A stretch of 64,000 nt of DNA from Sphingobacteriaceae bacterium. GTDB lineage: Bacteria > Bacteroidota > Bacteroidia > Sphingobacteriales > Sphingobacteriaceae. Of this stretch, positions 34,677 to 44,175 are shown in pieces; positions within the stretch are counted from its first letter, which is position 1; every line of letters starts with the position of its first letter. The position numbers and the translations under genes are program-made. Location: positions 22,324-86,323 of the forward strand of contig JAQSWM010000012.1 of NCBI GenBank assembly GCA_029266635.1. The letters are read 5' to 3'. The notes under the pieces were generated by a model. The model was not told the DNA's origin, searched no databases, and was given only the letters and a program-made list of their open reading frames with translations.

Positions 34677-36488
34677 CTATTGATTTACAAACTTTTTCGA
34701 ATTTACCTTGCGTTCGTTTTCAGTAAGGTAAATCTTGCGAAGGCGCATGCTCTTTGGCGTAATCTCAATGTATTCATCAGCCTGGATGTATTCCATAGCT
34801 TCTTCTAAAGAGAATTTAATAGCTGGAGCGATGCGGACGTTATCGTCTGTGCCGGAAGCACGCATATTGGTTAGCGCTTTTCCTTTTACCACGTTGATGA
34901 CAAGGTCGTTTTCGCGGATGTGTTCGCCAAGGACCTGACCCTCATAAATGTCCACGCCCGGATCCACAAAGAACCGGCCGCGATCCTGAAGCTTATCGAT
35001 TGAATATGCTGTAGTCGTGCCTTTTTCCATTGATACCAAAACTCCATTGAGCCTTCCCGGGATTGGGCCTTTCCACGGCTCATAAGCCTTGAAGCGGTGC
35101 GCCATGATTGCCTCGCCTGCTGTAGCTGTAAGGACGTTGTTTCTTAAACCAATGATGCCGCGTGCCGGGATATCGAACTCTAAATGCTGTAGATCGCCTT
35201 TTGGCTCCATTACAAGAAGATCGCCTTTGCGCTGGGTAACAAGCTCGATCACCTTACCAGCAACATCGCCAGGAACATCAACGATCAGGGTCTCAACCGG
35301 CTCACATTTCTGTCCGTCAATCTCTTTTACGATAACCTGTGGTTGACCAACCTGGATCTCGTAACCCTCACGACGCATAGTTTCTATCAATACCGATAAG
35401 TGAAGAATGCCACGCCCATAAACCAGGTAGGCATCCGGCGAATCAGTTTCTACAACTTTCAAAGCCAGGTTCTTCTCCATCTCCTTGTACAAACGGTCAC
35501 GGAGGTGGCGGGATGTCACAAATTTCCCTTCTTTACCGAAGAATGGTGAGTTATTGATGGTGAACAACATGTTCATGGTCGGCTCATCAATTTTGATTAC
35601 CGCCAGTTGTTCCGGGTTTTCAAAATCCGCGATAGTATCGCCGATATCAAAACCTTCGATACCTACAACTGCACAAATATCGCCTGAGCTAACTTCCGTA
35701 ACGCGAACCTTGCCCAAGCCTTCAAATGTGTAAAGTTCTTTTATGCGTGATTTTTGAATTTTGCCATCACGCTTCACAAGCGACACTGGCTGATTTTCTT
35801 TGATTGTTCCGCGAGCAACACGTCCTACTGCAATCCGGCCAACGAAGGAAGAATAATCCAGGGATGTGATCTGCATCTGCAAAGTACCCTCGCTAACCGG
35901 AGCCGGCGGAATGTTTTCCAAAATAGCATCCATCAAAGGGAAAATATCTTCTGTTGGTTTGGTCCAATCAGTGCTCATCCAGCCCTGCTTAGATGATCCG
36001 TAGATAACTGGGAAATCTAATTGATCTTCTGTTGCTTCTAAGTTGAAGAACAGCTCGAAAATCTGTTCGTAAACTTCTTCAGGGCGGCAGTTTTCTTTGT
36101 CAACTTTGTTTACTACAACAATCGGCTTCAAGCCAAGAGCAAGAGCCTTTTGTGTTACAAAGCGGGTTTGAGGCATAGCGCCTTCGAAAGCATCGCAAAG
36201 CAATAAAACTCCGTCTGCCATTTTCAATACACGCTCTACCTCTCCGCCAAAGTCAGCATGACCAGGTGTATCAATGATGTTGATCTTAACGTCTTTGTAT
36301 CTCACAGAAACGTTTTTTGAAACGATGGTAATACCACGCTCACGTTCCAGATCGTTATTATCAAGTATTAAATCGCCGGTTTCCTGATTGTCACGAAAGA
36401 TGGCGCAACTGTGTAAGATTTTGTCAACCAAGGTTGTTTTTCCGTGGTCAACGTGAGCTATAATAGCTATATTTCTGATTTTTTGCAT
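34677..36488 (-). CDS. typA: translational GTPase TypA/BipA
   Basis: IRNIAIIAHVDHGKTTLVD, DTPGHADFGGEVER and NKVD. Length 603 aa. Confidence 0.97.
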   Translation of the reverse strand: MQKIRNIAIIAHVDHGKTTLVDKILHSCAIFRDNQETGDLILDNNDLERERGITIVSKNVSVRYKDVKINIIDTPGHADFGGEVERVLKMADGVLLLCDAFEGAMPQTRFVTQKALALGLKPIVVVNKVDKENCRPEEVYEQIFELFFNLEATEDQLDFPVIYGSSKQGWMSTDWTKPTEDIFPLMDAILENIPPAPVSEGTLQMQITSLDYSSFVGRIAVGRVARGTIKENQPVSLVKRDGKIQKSRIKELYTFEGLGKVRVTEVSSGDICAVVGIEGFDIGDTIADFENPEQLAVIKIDEPTMNMLFTINNSPFFGKEGKFVTSRHLRDRLYKEMEKNLALKVVETDSPDAYLVYGRGILHLSVLIETMRREGYEIQVGQPQVIVKEIDGQKCEPVETLIVDVPGDVAGKVIELVTQRKGDLLVMEPKGDLQHLEFDIPARGIIGLRNNVLTATAGEAIMAHRFKAYEPWKGPIPGRLNGVLVSMEKGTTTAYSIDKLQDRGRFFVDPGVDIYEGQVLGEHIRENDLVINVVKGKALTNMRASGTDDNVRIAPAIKFSLEEAMEYIQADEYIEITPKSMRLRKIYLTENERKVNSKKFVNQ

Positions 36489-36514
36489 GTAAAAGATGCT
36501 ACTGAAAATTTTTG

Positions 36515-36522
36515 CAAAGGTA
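36515..36522 (-). promoter_or_regulatory. candidate -7 promoter box (TACCTTTG) upstream of typA
   Basis: The minus strand reads TACCTTTG (TAnnTTTG) 26 nt upstream of the ATG. This is a motif match only. Confidence 0.3.
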
Positions 36523-36607
36523 GGTTTTTAAATCGGCAAAAGACACGGCAATCACAAAGTGAGGGAGATTTGACAATTATTAACTATCAGAGATTTAACT
36601 TTGTTCT

Positions 36608-36766
36608 ATGCAAGTTCAGACAATACTCGTAGCACTTTTATTTGTAGCTGCTCTGGCTTATGTCGGCAGGTCGCTTTACAAAACATTAAAAAGCAAAAAA
36701 GGCTGTGCAAGCAATTGCGGTAAATGCGGAGTGGACTTTTCGAATATCGACAGCCTAAAGCACTGA
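36608..36766 (+). CDS. FeoB-associated Cys-rich membrane mini-protein (52 aa)
   Basis: The translation is MQVQTILVALLFVAALAYVGRSLYKTLKSKKGCASNCGKCGVDFSNIDSLKH: one TM helix, a basic stretch, then GCxxxCxxC. It is not in the ORF track because it is under 60 aa. Its 3' end overlaps the ispF 3' end by 12 nt. Confidence 0.6.
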   Translation: MQVQTILVALLFVAALAYVGRSLYKTLKSKKGCASNCGKCGVDFSNIDSLKH

Positions 36767-37240
36767 CTTTTCTATGAGGCAGACGGCGTAGGCCACTATC
36801 CCTTCTTCTCGTCCGATAAAACCCATTTTCTCGTTTGTAGTTGCTTTTATAGAAATGTCTTCAACGGATATTCCCGCCGCTTCAGCAATGTTTACCTTCA
36901 TCTCCGGAACGTGAGGATTTATCTTAGGTGCCTCCAGGCAGATCATCGCATCAATATTTCCCAATATCCAGCCCTTCTCTTTCAGTAACCTGATACATTC
37001 CTTAAGCAGGATTAAACTACTGATGCCTTTCCAGCACTCGTCTGTATTGGAGAAGTGATAACCGATGTCTCTTAAATTTGCAGCTCCAAGGATAGCATCG
37101 CAGATAGCATGAACTAACACATCGGCATCAGAATGGCCGTAAGCTCCACTGTGATGGTCAAGCTTTACACCTCCGAGAATAAACGGATGCTGTTCCTTTA
37201 ATTCGTGAACATCAAAGCCAAAACCTACCCTGATTTTCAT
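36755..37240 (-). CDS. ispF: 2-C-methyl-D-erythritol 2,4-cyclodiphosphate synthase
   Basis: RVGFGFDVHEL, GHSDADVLVHAI and ATTNEKMGFIGREEGI. Confidence 0.95.
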   Translation of the reverse strand: MKIRVGFGFDVHELKEQHPFILGGVKLDHHSGAYGHSDADVLVHAICDAILGAANLRDIGYHFSNTDECWKGISSLILLKECIRLLKEKGWILGNIDAMICLEAPKINPHVPEMKVNIAEAAGISVEDISIKATTNEKMGFIGREEGIVAYAVCLIEKSVL

Positions 37241-38445
37241 TGGCGAGCGGGCTCTGAAGCTCCAAAATTGAATACGAGAGAGAAGCGCAGGGTATTTGCC
37301 AAAGGGCTTTTTTGCTGACTTGCGAGAAGATAGGCAAAGTCAAGGTTGAAAACGTTGTACTTTAAACCTGCACCAAGTGTGAAGTATTGGCGATCGCCTT
37401 TTTGTGGATTTTCGTAAAAATAGCCGGCACGAAGTGCGAACTGCCTGTTATACCAGTATTCCGCTCCGGCTGAGTAGCTGATTTCCTGCAACTCCTCGCT
37501 GAACCCGCCCGGAGCATCGCCAAAAGAACCGAAGATACCGGCTGGAACCGAAAGATTTGAAGGGTCACGTCCGGCGACGATGTAAGATTGGCCGTTTGCA
37601 TCCAGCCCATAAATTGGAGGCGAAGGCACAAGAAGCTTATTGATATCTACAGCGAAGGTGAATTCGTTTAAGTTATTTAAAAAAGTGGCAGCGCCGCCGA
37701 GCTTCATATTAGTAGGCAAAAACACTTTTCTGCCGCCTTCTACATAGCTGATTTTGTTCCCGATGTTCGAGATATTTAGTCCGCCCGATAGCCTTGCGTC
37801 GCTTCCGAATAGTTGGGTTTCATTCTTGTAATAAGCAGATACATCCGCAGCCAATGCGGTTCCAGGTCTTGTGTCTTGCCCACTTGTAAACTGACCATTC
37901 ACCAGGTTAGAGTAAATGAAGCGGGCTGCAATTCCCAGTGAAAAATTATCGCCAAACTTTCTGCCTACGGCACCATCGAGAGCAAATTCACTGGGACTGT
38001 ACGTTCCGGTGTTTGTTCCCTGAAAGTCTGTAAGCTGAATTTGTCCTAGCGAAAAATATCGTAAGGAACCGCCAATAGTGGTGCGATCGTCCACTCTATG
38101 AAACGCCGATAGGTAGGAAAGGCTGATATCCGGAACCAGCTTTTGCAGCCATGGGCTATAGGATAAAGATAAGCCTGTGGGATTCTCCAGGAAGGCAAGT
38201 TTCGCCGGATTCCAGTGGATGGAGTTTGCGTCGGGCGAGATGGCAACTCCAACATCGCCCATTGAGCCGGAGCGAGCATCAGGAGCTATCAGCAGAAAAG
38301 GTACTCCGGTGTTTATTACACGTGCGCCATCCCGGCCGTCAGTTGTAGTTTCTGTGCCGCCAACCTGTGCAAATGCCGGCAGGTTAGCGCCCAAAAAACA
38401 TATTAAACCTACGCCAAATACAACGCCGAACTTATTAAAATTCAT
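37237..38445 (-). CDS. porV: type IX secretion system outer-membrane shuttle protein PorV (LptO)
   Basis: Start taken at MNFNKFGVVFGVGLICFL (signal peptide). GVPFLLIAPDARSGSMGDVGVAISPDANSIHWNPAKLAF is the conserved PorV N-terminal block. It is divergent from gldJ. Confidence 0.8.
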   Translation of the reverse strand: MNFNKFGVVFGVGLICFLGANLPAFAQVGGTETTTDGRDGARVINTGVPFLLIAPDARSGSMGDVGVAISPDANSIHWNPAKLAFLENPTGLSLSYSPWLQKLVPDISLSYLSAFHRVDDRTTIGGSLRYFSLGQIQLTDFQGTNTGTYSPSEFALDGAVGRKFGDNFSLGIAARFIYSNLVNGQFTSGQDTRPGTALAADVSAYYKNETQLFGSDARLSGGLNISNIGNKISYVEGGRKVFLPTNMKLGGAATFLNNLNEFTFAVDINKLLVPSPPIYGLDANGQSYIVAGRDPSNLSVPAGIFGSFGDAPGGFSEELQEISYSAGAEYWYNRQFALRAGYFYENPQKGDRQYFTLGAGLKYNVFNLDFAYLLASQQKSPLANTLRFSLVFNFGASEPARQ

Positions 38446-38715
38446 ATCAAAAACAAAGCTTTTGTATCCAGCAAAACATATTTTAAAGCAAGTATAGCAC
38501 ATAACGTTGGCTTATCAATATTGATTGATGTTTATTGTTTTAAATTTTAATTATCTTTATAGAACGCTGTCATAATAAACGGTTTTGGGGAACGTTCTAC
38601 ATTCGAATTTAAAAAGCCTTTGCTGTAACACTTCCCTGCGTTTTCCGTAAAGAGGGCTTTTATCTATTATGATGAGTTTTTCGTAGTTTCGCACATTAAT
38701 GCTTTAATATCAACA

Positions 38716-40365
38716 ATGAAAAGAAAGATTATACTTTTTACAACAGGGTTATTGGCTTTTGGCGTGCTTTTAAGCTCTTGTTCCTCTAAAAAAAGTGCGG
38801 GAGCAAGTTCTAAAACAGGCTGGAAATATAATGACAAGTATAATGGGGGGTTCCAGGTAAGCAAAAAGATTAAACCGGGCCCAGGTCCTGGCCTCATTGC
38901 TATTGAAGGCGGCACCTTTGCTATGGGAGGATCATTAAATCAGGATCTTGCCTATGAATATGATAACCTGAAAAGAAGAGTTACCGTTCCCTCTTTCTAT
39001 ATGGATGAAACGGAAGTCTCTAACGTTGACTGGCTGGAATACCTTTACTGGATTAGAAGAACCTTCCCTTCTGATAGAGAATATTATTACAATGCATTAC
39101 CGGACACTCTTGTTTGGAGGCAGCCATTGTCGTACAATGAGCCATATGTAACCAACTACTTACGGCACCCTGCTTTCCAGGATTATCCCGTTGTGGGCGT
39201 TACTTGGGAACAGGCAAACCAATACGCAGAATGGCGCACAGATCGTGTAAACGAAAACATCTTACGCGATAACGGTTACATGGCTACTTATAAAGACATG
39301 GCCGGCGGCGGTAAGGGCAAAGCTGGTGCCGCTACAACCACTACTGCAAGCTCCGGTTCATCTGAGCCTTTTAACACTGATATCTATTTGAACGGCCAAT
39401 ACACTGGTCCGGGTGCTGAAGGCAAGAAGATGCCGAAAGACCTGAACCCTGCCGCATCAACTACTGCTGGTGCAACAGCCGGCAAAAGCAAAGGACCGGT
39501 TCGCCCGATCCGCCTTGAAGATGGCGTTTTGAAGCAACCTTACCGCTTACCTACAGAAGCCGAGTGGGAATACGCTGCGCTTGCCTTAGCAGGAAACACA
39601 GAATACGAAAACATTTCAGATGGAAAAATTTACACCTGGAACGGTTTGGGTGTACGCTCTCCAAAGAAAAAAACCCAGGGAATGATCCTTGCCAACTTTA
39701 AACGTGGAGAAGGTGATAACATGGGTACAGGCGGATACCTGAACGATAAAGCTGATATTACAGCTCCTGTAGTTGCTTACCTTCCTAACGATTTCGGCTT
39801 GTACAATATGGCTGGAAATGTGAACGAGTGGACCGCCGATACATATCGGAAACTATCGTTTGAAGATTTTGAAGATTTCAGCCCGTTCCGTGGTAACGAA
39901 TACGTGAACAAGGAAGTTAAAGACAGGACTACCGGATTGTACACCAAAGACAAGTATGGTAGGCCTGTAAAAGTTGCTGCAAAATCTGGCAAGAAACAAA
40001 AATGGAGCGAGATTGACAGCGCTGCAGCTAAAGCAGATACTTTGAAATCGGCAATTGCTGGTAAACCATACGACCCTGATTTCCGGGGCGAGAAAGATAC
40101 CGTGAACGCTGATCTATATGGAGTAACCACACTTGTAAACGACAGATCTAAAGTTTACAAGGGCGGATCATGGAATGACAGAGCTTATTGGTTAAACCCT
40201 GCCACCAGACGTTTCAAACAGCAGGATGATGCCAGCGCAGAAATCGGCTTCCGTTGCGCTATGAGCATGGTGGGTGCGCCGGAAGTGATCAGCAAAGGCA
40301 AGCCTCAGTTTAAAGCACCAAAGTCTAAAGCTAATAGCCGGGTAAAAACTCCATCGGTTAAGTAA
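38716..40365 (+). CDS. gldJ: gliding motility lipoprotein GldJ (SUMF1/FGE-like domain)
   Basis: Lipobox LLSSC. The blocks SKTGWKYNDKYNGGFQV, IEGGTFAMGG, TVPSFYMDETEVSN, and YPVVGVTWEQANQYAEWR...NVNEWTAD...GGSWND are present. It also has a low-complexity G/A/T/S insert. Confidence 0.85.
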   Translation: MKRKIILFTTGLLAFGVLLSSCSSKKSAGASSKTGWKYNDKYNGGFQVSKKIKPGPGPGLIAIEGGTFAMGGSLNQDLAYEYDNLKRRVTVPSFYMDETEVSNVDWLEYLYWIRRTFPSDREYYYNALPDTLVWRQPLSYNEPYVTNYLRHPAFQDYPVVGVTWEQANQYAEWRTDRVNENILRDNGYMATYKDMAGGGKGKAGAATTTTASSGSSEPFNTDIYLNGQYTGPGAEGKKMPKDLNPAASTTAGATAGKSKGPVRPIRLEDGVLKQPYRLPTEAEWEYAALALAGNTEYENISDGKIYTWNGLGVRSPKKKTQGMILANFKRGEGDNMGTGGYLNDKADITAPVVAYLPNDFGLYNMAGNVNEWTADTYRKLSFEDFEDFSPFRGNEYVNKEVKDRTTGLYTKDKYGRPVKVAAKSGKKQKWSEIDSAAAKADTLKSAIAGKPYDPDFRGEKDTVNADLYGVTTLVNDRSKVYKGGSWNDRAYWLNPATRRFKQQDDASAEIGFRCAMSMVGAPEVISKGKPQFKAPKSKANSRVKTPSVK

Positions 40366-40382
40366 AACAGACATTTGAATAT

Positions 40383-40416
40383 AAAAATGCCCGCCTGAAA
40401 TCAGGTGGGCATTTTT
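40383..40416. terminator. bidirectional rho-independent terminator between gldJ and the BCCP-like gene
   Basis: AAAAATGCCCGCCTGA-aa-TCAGGTGGGCATTTTT forms about a 15-bp stem (one G-U) with flanking A5 and T5 runs. Confidence 0.8.
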
Positions 40417-40438
40417 ATTTGGAGAAAACAGTTACTAT

Positions 40439-40942
40439 TTATACAAAGGTGATAATGGTCTGCCCTTTCTCAACCTTATCTCCCGCTACAGCCTTTACCG
40501 CCTTTACTGTGCCGTCTGCAGGAGCTTTGATAATGTTCTCCATCTTCATTGCTTCCAGGATAAAGAGATTATCGCCTTTCTTTACCTCATCGTCTTCTTT
40601 GGCGGAAACACTGAGTACCAGTCCTGGCATTGGCGCTTTGACCTCGTTTACTTTGTTCGCCTGGATGCTATCAAGCCCTAACTGCTGAAGCAAAGTATCA
40701 TATTGGTTACTGAGTTCAAGGCGATAGTTGTTTCCATTTACTTTGATCAGGCAATACTTATCCGCCCTGTTTAGCTCAACAACATCCGCCAGGAATGACT
40801 GATTTTTGTGTAGGATGTGAAATCTGCTTCCATCTATCGCCCGAACGTCAATTTCTGCACGCTTACCATTTACTATAGAGCCTTCTTTGCCCGGCTCAAT
40901 TTCAAACTGGAACTTGTCGTTAGCTAAAATTTTGTCTTTCAT
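40439..40942 (-). CDS. biotin/lipoyl attachment domain protein (BCCP-like)
   Basis: The C-terminal LFILEAMKMENIIKAPADGTVKAV contains the EAMKM biotinylation motif. No carboxylase subunits are adjacent. Confidence 0.8.
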   Translation of the reverse strand: MKDKILANDKFQFEIEPGKEGSIVNGKRAEIDVRAIDGSRFHILHKNQSFLADVVELNRADKYCLIKVNGNNYRLELSNQYDTLLQQLGLDSIQANKVNEVKAPMPGLVLSVSAKEDDEVKKGDNLFILEAMKMENIIKAPADGTVKAVKAVAGDKVEKGQTIITFV

Positions 40943-41589
40943 TGCGTTAATGCATATTGAATTATGTTAGCGCCCATTTTTAATGCCTTCTGCCGCACTT
41001 CCTCGGTGTCCTCGGGATATGTACCCAAATCTTCCCAGCCGTTACCTAAATCGCACTCGTAGGTATAGTAGCAAACCACACGACCTTGATATATAATTCC
41101 AAAACCCTGCGGGCGCTTGCCATCATGCTCGTGTATTTTGGGCAGCCCAGCAAACTTATACTTTTGATTGTAGATAGGATGATTTGGCGGAAGTTCTACA
41201 AAGTCCAGTTCAGGAAAGACCTTCTTCATTTGTGGCCTGATAAATTTGTCGAGACCGTAGTTATCGTCAATGTGAAGAAAGCCGCCGCCCATAAGGTATT
41301 TGCGCAAATTGCCAGCCTCCTGATCGGAAAAAACAATGTTCCCGTGCCCGGTTAGAAACACGAATGGATAATTAAAGATGTCCGAACTGCCGGCTTCGAC
41401 AACCGCCTCCTCATCATCAAAATTCGTATTAAGATTTTTGTTGCAGAACTTAATGAGGTTTGGGAGTGCTGTTCTGTCGCCATACCAATCGCCACCTCCA
41501 TTGTATTTTATTTTTGCCATCTTATATGATGGCGGTGCGAAGGAAGCAAAGATGGCGAGGAGCCCAATCAGGCACACACGAGTTTTCAT
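40939..41589 (-). CDS. DUF4159-family exported protein
   Basis: Signal peptide, then KIKYNGGGDWYGDRTALPNLIKFCN...FLTGHGNIVFSDQEAGNLRKYLMGGGFLHIDDNYGLD, as I recall for DUF4159. It overlaps both neighbours by 4 nt (ATGA). Confidence 0.6.
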   Translation of the reverse strand: MKTRVCLIGLLAIFASFAPPSYKMAKIKYNGGGDWYGDRTALPNLIKFCNKNLNTNFDDEEAVVEAGSSDIFNYPFVFLTGHGNIVFSDQEAGNLRKYLMGGGFLHIDDNYGLDKFIRPQMKKVFPELDFVELPPNHPIYNQKYKFAGLPKIHEHDGKRPQGFGIIYQGRVVCYYTYECDLGNGWEDLGTYPEDTEEVRQKALKMGANIIQYALTQ

Positions 41590-42290
41590 CTGTTCAGATA
41601 GTTGATTTCAAAACATGCTTGCAAAGCTGCTGTCTCAGCCCTTAAACGACTTTCACCTAAAGATATTGGAATAAAGCTTGCACTCAAAGCCTTGTCAATT
41701 TCCTGGTTGCTAAAATCCCCCTCTGGACCGATCAGCACTAAGTACTTTTCGCCAACTCTCAAGGAATCTTTTAAGCTTTGTCTTGTTTCCGGGAGGCAAT
41801 GAGCGATAAAGCGCTGGCCTTCAGATTTGCTTTCAACAAGTTCCTTCAGCCTAATTGCACTATTTAGCTTTGGATGATAGGCTTTGATTGACTGCTTGAC
41901 TGCTGATGTAATTACTTTTTCCAGCCTTTCGAACTTTACTTCTTTGCGCTCAGAACGCTCACATATTATCGGGGTAATTTCGTCTATTCCGATTTCCGTA
42001 GCCTTCTCCAAAAACCATTCTACACGCTCAATATTTTTGGTTGGCGCAATAGCTATATGCAGGTAGTGGTTTCTCTTTCCAAATTCCTGTTGTGAATCAA
42101 CAATTTCGAAATGGACTTTTTTCGGATTGGCATCCGTTATTTCTGCTTGATAAAATCCTCCGGATCCATCAACGAGGCTAATCTGATCACCAGTTTGCAA
42201 ACGCAACACTCGAATGCAGTGCTTGCTTTCATCTTCGCTTAAAAATAGATCTTGGGAGTTTTTAAGATATGGCGTGTAGAAGATGTGCAT
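41586..42290 (-). CDS. rsmE: 16S rRNA (uracil1498-N3)-methyltransferase
   Basis: HIFYTP...LSEDESKHCIRVLRLQTGDQI (PUA-like N-terminus) and LIGPEGDFSNQEI...VSLGESRLRAETAA (SPOUT knot). Confidence 0.9.
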   Translation of the reverse strand: MHIFYTPYLKNSQDLFLSEDESKHCIRVLRLQTGDQISLVDGSGGFYQAEITDANPKKVHFEIVDSQQEFGKRNHYLHIAIAPTKNIERVEWFLEKATEIGIDEITPIICERSERKEVKFERLEKVITSAVKQSIKAYHPKLNSAIRLKELVESKSEGQRFIAHCLPETRQSLKDSLRVGEKYLVLIGPEGDFSNQEIDKALSASFIPISLGESRLRAETAALQACFEINYLNR

Positions 42291-42300
42291 ACATCATAAT

Positions 42301-43620
42301 CTAATGTACATCTACCGCATCTTCTTTATTAATTGCCAGCTCGAGTTTTACCGACTCTATATTTTGTTCTGTTTTCTTCAGAATTGTAAAAACATAACCA
42401 TAGAAATCTTTTCGCTCTCCTACTTCCGGTATCTTTCCGAATAGATCGCTCACCAATCCTGACAAGGTATCGTAATCTCCATCTTCCGGCAAGTCGTGAG
42501 GCAAGTATTCATTAACATCATAAATACTGGCAGCAGCATTTACGATAAATTCGTGCTCTGTAACCTGTTCCACAATCGGCTTTTCCTCGTCGTACTCATC
42601 CTGAATCTCTCCAACAATCTCTTCAACTATGTCTTCCAGGGTTACCATGCCAGCAGTTCCGCCGAACTCATCAAGTACAATCGCGATCTGCATACGCTTG
42701 GCCTGGAGCTCGCTCAGTAAATCGTTAATCTTTTTTGTTTCCGGAACGAAATACGGCTTCCTTAGAATATCCCTTACTACCAATTGTTTATTGGCCACCA
42801 GAAGAGGCAAAATATCTTTCGCATGCACAATCCCGCAAATCTTGTCTATGGTCTCATCGTAAACAGGCACCCTTGAATATCCTTCTTTTATGATGATATC
42901 CAACAGCTCAGCCTGAGGAGTATTCATTTCGATACCTGAGATCTTGGTCCGCGGGACCATCACGTTCTTTACTACCCGTTCATTAAAATCAAATACATTT
43001 TTAATAAGCTCATGCTCCGTAGTATCTAATGCACCACTCTCTTTCCCCTGATCCAAAAGATACTGCAACTCTTCTGAGCTATGATGAGCCTCATGCCCGT
43101 CTAACGTTCTTATACCGAAAAGCCTCAACACCAGATTGGCAAGACTGTTCAACAACCAAATTACAGGCCTGAAAACAACATAGAAAAGCTGCAGGGGCAA
43201 GGATACCCCCATTGTGACATTAACCGGGCGTTGTATGGCGAGCGACTTAGGAGCCAATTCGCCAAATACGATATGAAGAATTGTTATAATAGAAAACGCA
43301 AGTATCACAGCCATTGTGGACGCTGTTGACTGGGATGTATCGATATCAAATAAATGGAAGAAATTATGAACCACGTGTGTCATCACCTCTTCGCCTACCC
43401 AACCCAAGCCGAGCGATGCCAAGGTAATGCCCAGCTGCGTAGCCGCTAAATATCCGTCAAGATGATGCGTGATATGTTTTGCAACCTTTGCCACCTGGCT
43501 GCCTGACTTAGCCTTGATCTCGATCTGTGAGGCACGCACCTTCACAATAGCGAACTCGGCCGCTACGAAAAATCCGTTCAGGAATACCAGGAAAAAAGTT
43601 ACAAATAGCTGAAAGCCCAT
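42301..43620 (-). CDS. CNNM/CorC (HlyC) family transporter-like protein with a DUF21 TM domain, a CBS pair and a CorC_HlyC domain (GldE-like)
   Basis: N-terminal four-TM DUF21 (LNGFFVAAEFAIVKVR), CBS region (VKNVMVPRTKI...VPVYDETIDKICGIVHAKD), and C-terminal FGGTAGMVTLEDIVEEIVGEIQDE. Confidence 0.8.
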   Translation of the reverse strand: MGFQLFVTFFLVFLNGFFVAAEFAIVKVRASQIEIKAKSGSQVAKVAKHITHHLDGYLAATQLGITLASLGLGWVGEEVMTHVVHNFFHLFDIDTSQSTASTMAVILAFSIITILHIVFGELAPKSLAIQRPVNVTMGVSLPLQLFYVVFRPVIWLLNSLANLVLRLFGIRTLDGHEAHHSSEELQYLLDQGKESGALDTTEHELIKNVFDFNERVVKNVMVPRTKISGIEMNTPQAELLDIIIKEGYSRVPVYDETIDKICGIVHAKDILPLLVANKQLVVRDILRKPYFVPETKKINDLLSELQAKRMQIAIVLDEFGGTAGMVTLEDIVEEIVGEIQDEYDEEKPIVEQVTEHEFIVNAAASIYDVNEYLPHDLPEDGDYDTLSGLVSDLFGKIPEVGERKDFYGYVFTILKKTEQNIESVKLELAINKEDAVDVH

Positions 43621-43626
43621 TATAAT

Positions 43627-44175
43627 TTACTTGTTAACAAAAGTAGACTTGTATAGTTCAAGGCTTTCTGTAATAACTTTATGAGCGTAGCGCTTGCCAA
43701 GTAAATGTTCGATGGTAACGTTCTTATGTTCCAAGGCTTTGTAATCCTGAAAGAACCGAACTATTTCTTTCATGGTGTGTGGCGGCAATTCATTCAGATC
43801 GTCTATGTAGTTAACCGACATATCATTTTTTGCTACCGCGATGATTTTGTCGTCCTGCTCGCCATTATCAACCATATGCATGATTCCAACGACCTTAGCC
43901 TCAACAATAGACATTGGATAAACATCCGCTGAACATAATACGAGAATATCAAGTGGGTCATGATCATCGCAATAAGTTTGCGGGATAAAGCCGTAGTTGG
44001 CCGGGTACATCACCGATGAAAACAGCATCCTGTCAAGCTTTAATAAGCCTGATTCTTTGTCTATCTCGTACTTTGCTTTAGAACCTTTCGGGATTTCAAT
44101 TATAGCATTTACTATGGAAGGGAGGTCGTTACCGGGAGATACGCCATGCCAGGGATGATCTTTACTCATTCTCAA
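43627..44175 (-). CDS. ppa: inorganic diphosphatase (family I)
   Basis: VNAIIEIPKGSKAKYEIDKESG, YPANYGFIPQT and DHDPLDILV. Confidence 0.93.
   Translation of the reverse strand: MRMSKDHPWHGVSPGNDLPSIVNAIIEIPKGSKAKYEIDKESGLLKLDRMLFSSVMYPANYGFIPQTYCDDHDPLDILVLCSADVYPMSIVEAKVVGIMHMVDNGEQDDKIIAVAKNDMSVNYIDDLNELPPHTMKEIVRFFQDYKALEHKNVTIEHLLGKRYAHKVITESLELYKSTFVNK

Noticed and set aside
36596-36603. TAACTTTG -7-like box upstream of the 52-aa Cys-rich ORF
   Set aside because: It ends only 4 nt before the ATG, so the predicted transcription start would fall inside or after the start codon.
38446-38502. Upstream start (MCYTCFKICFAGYKSFVFD) for porV
   Set aside because: The signal peptide begins at MNFNKFGVVFGVGLICFL, and the extension is Cys/Phe-rich and unlike PorV homologues.
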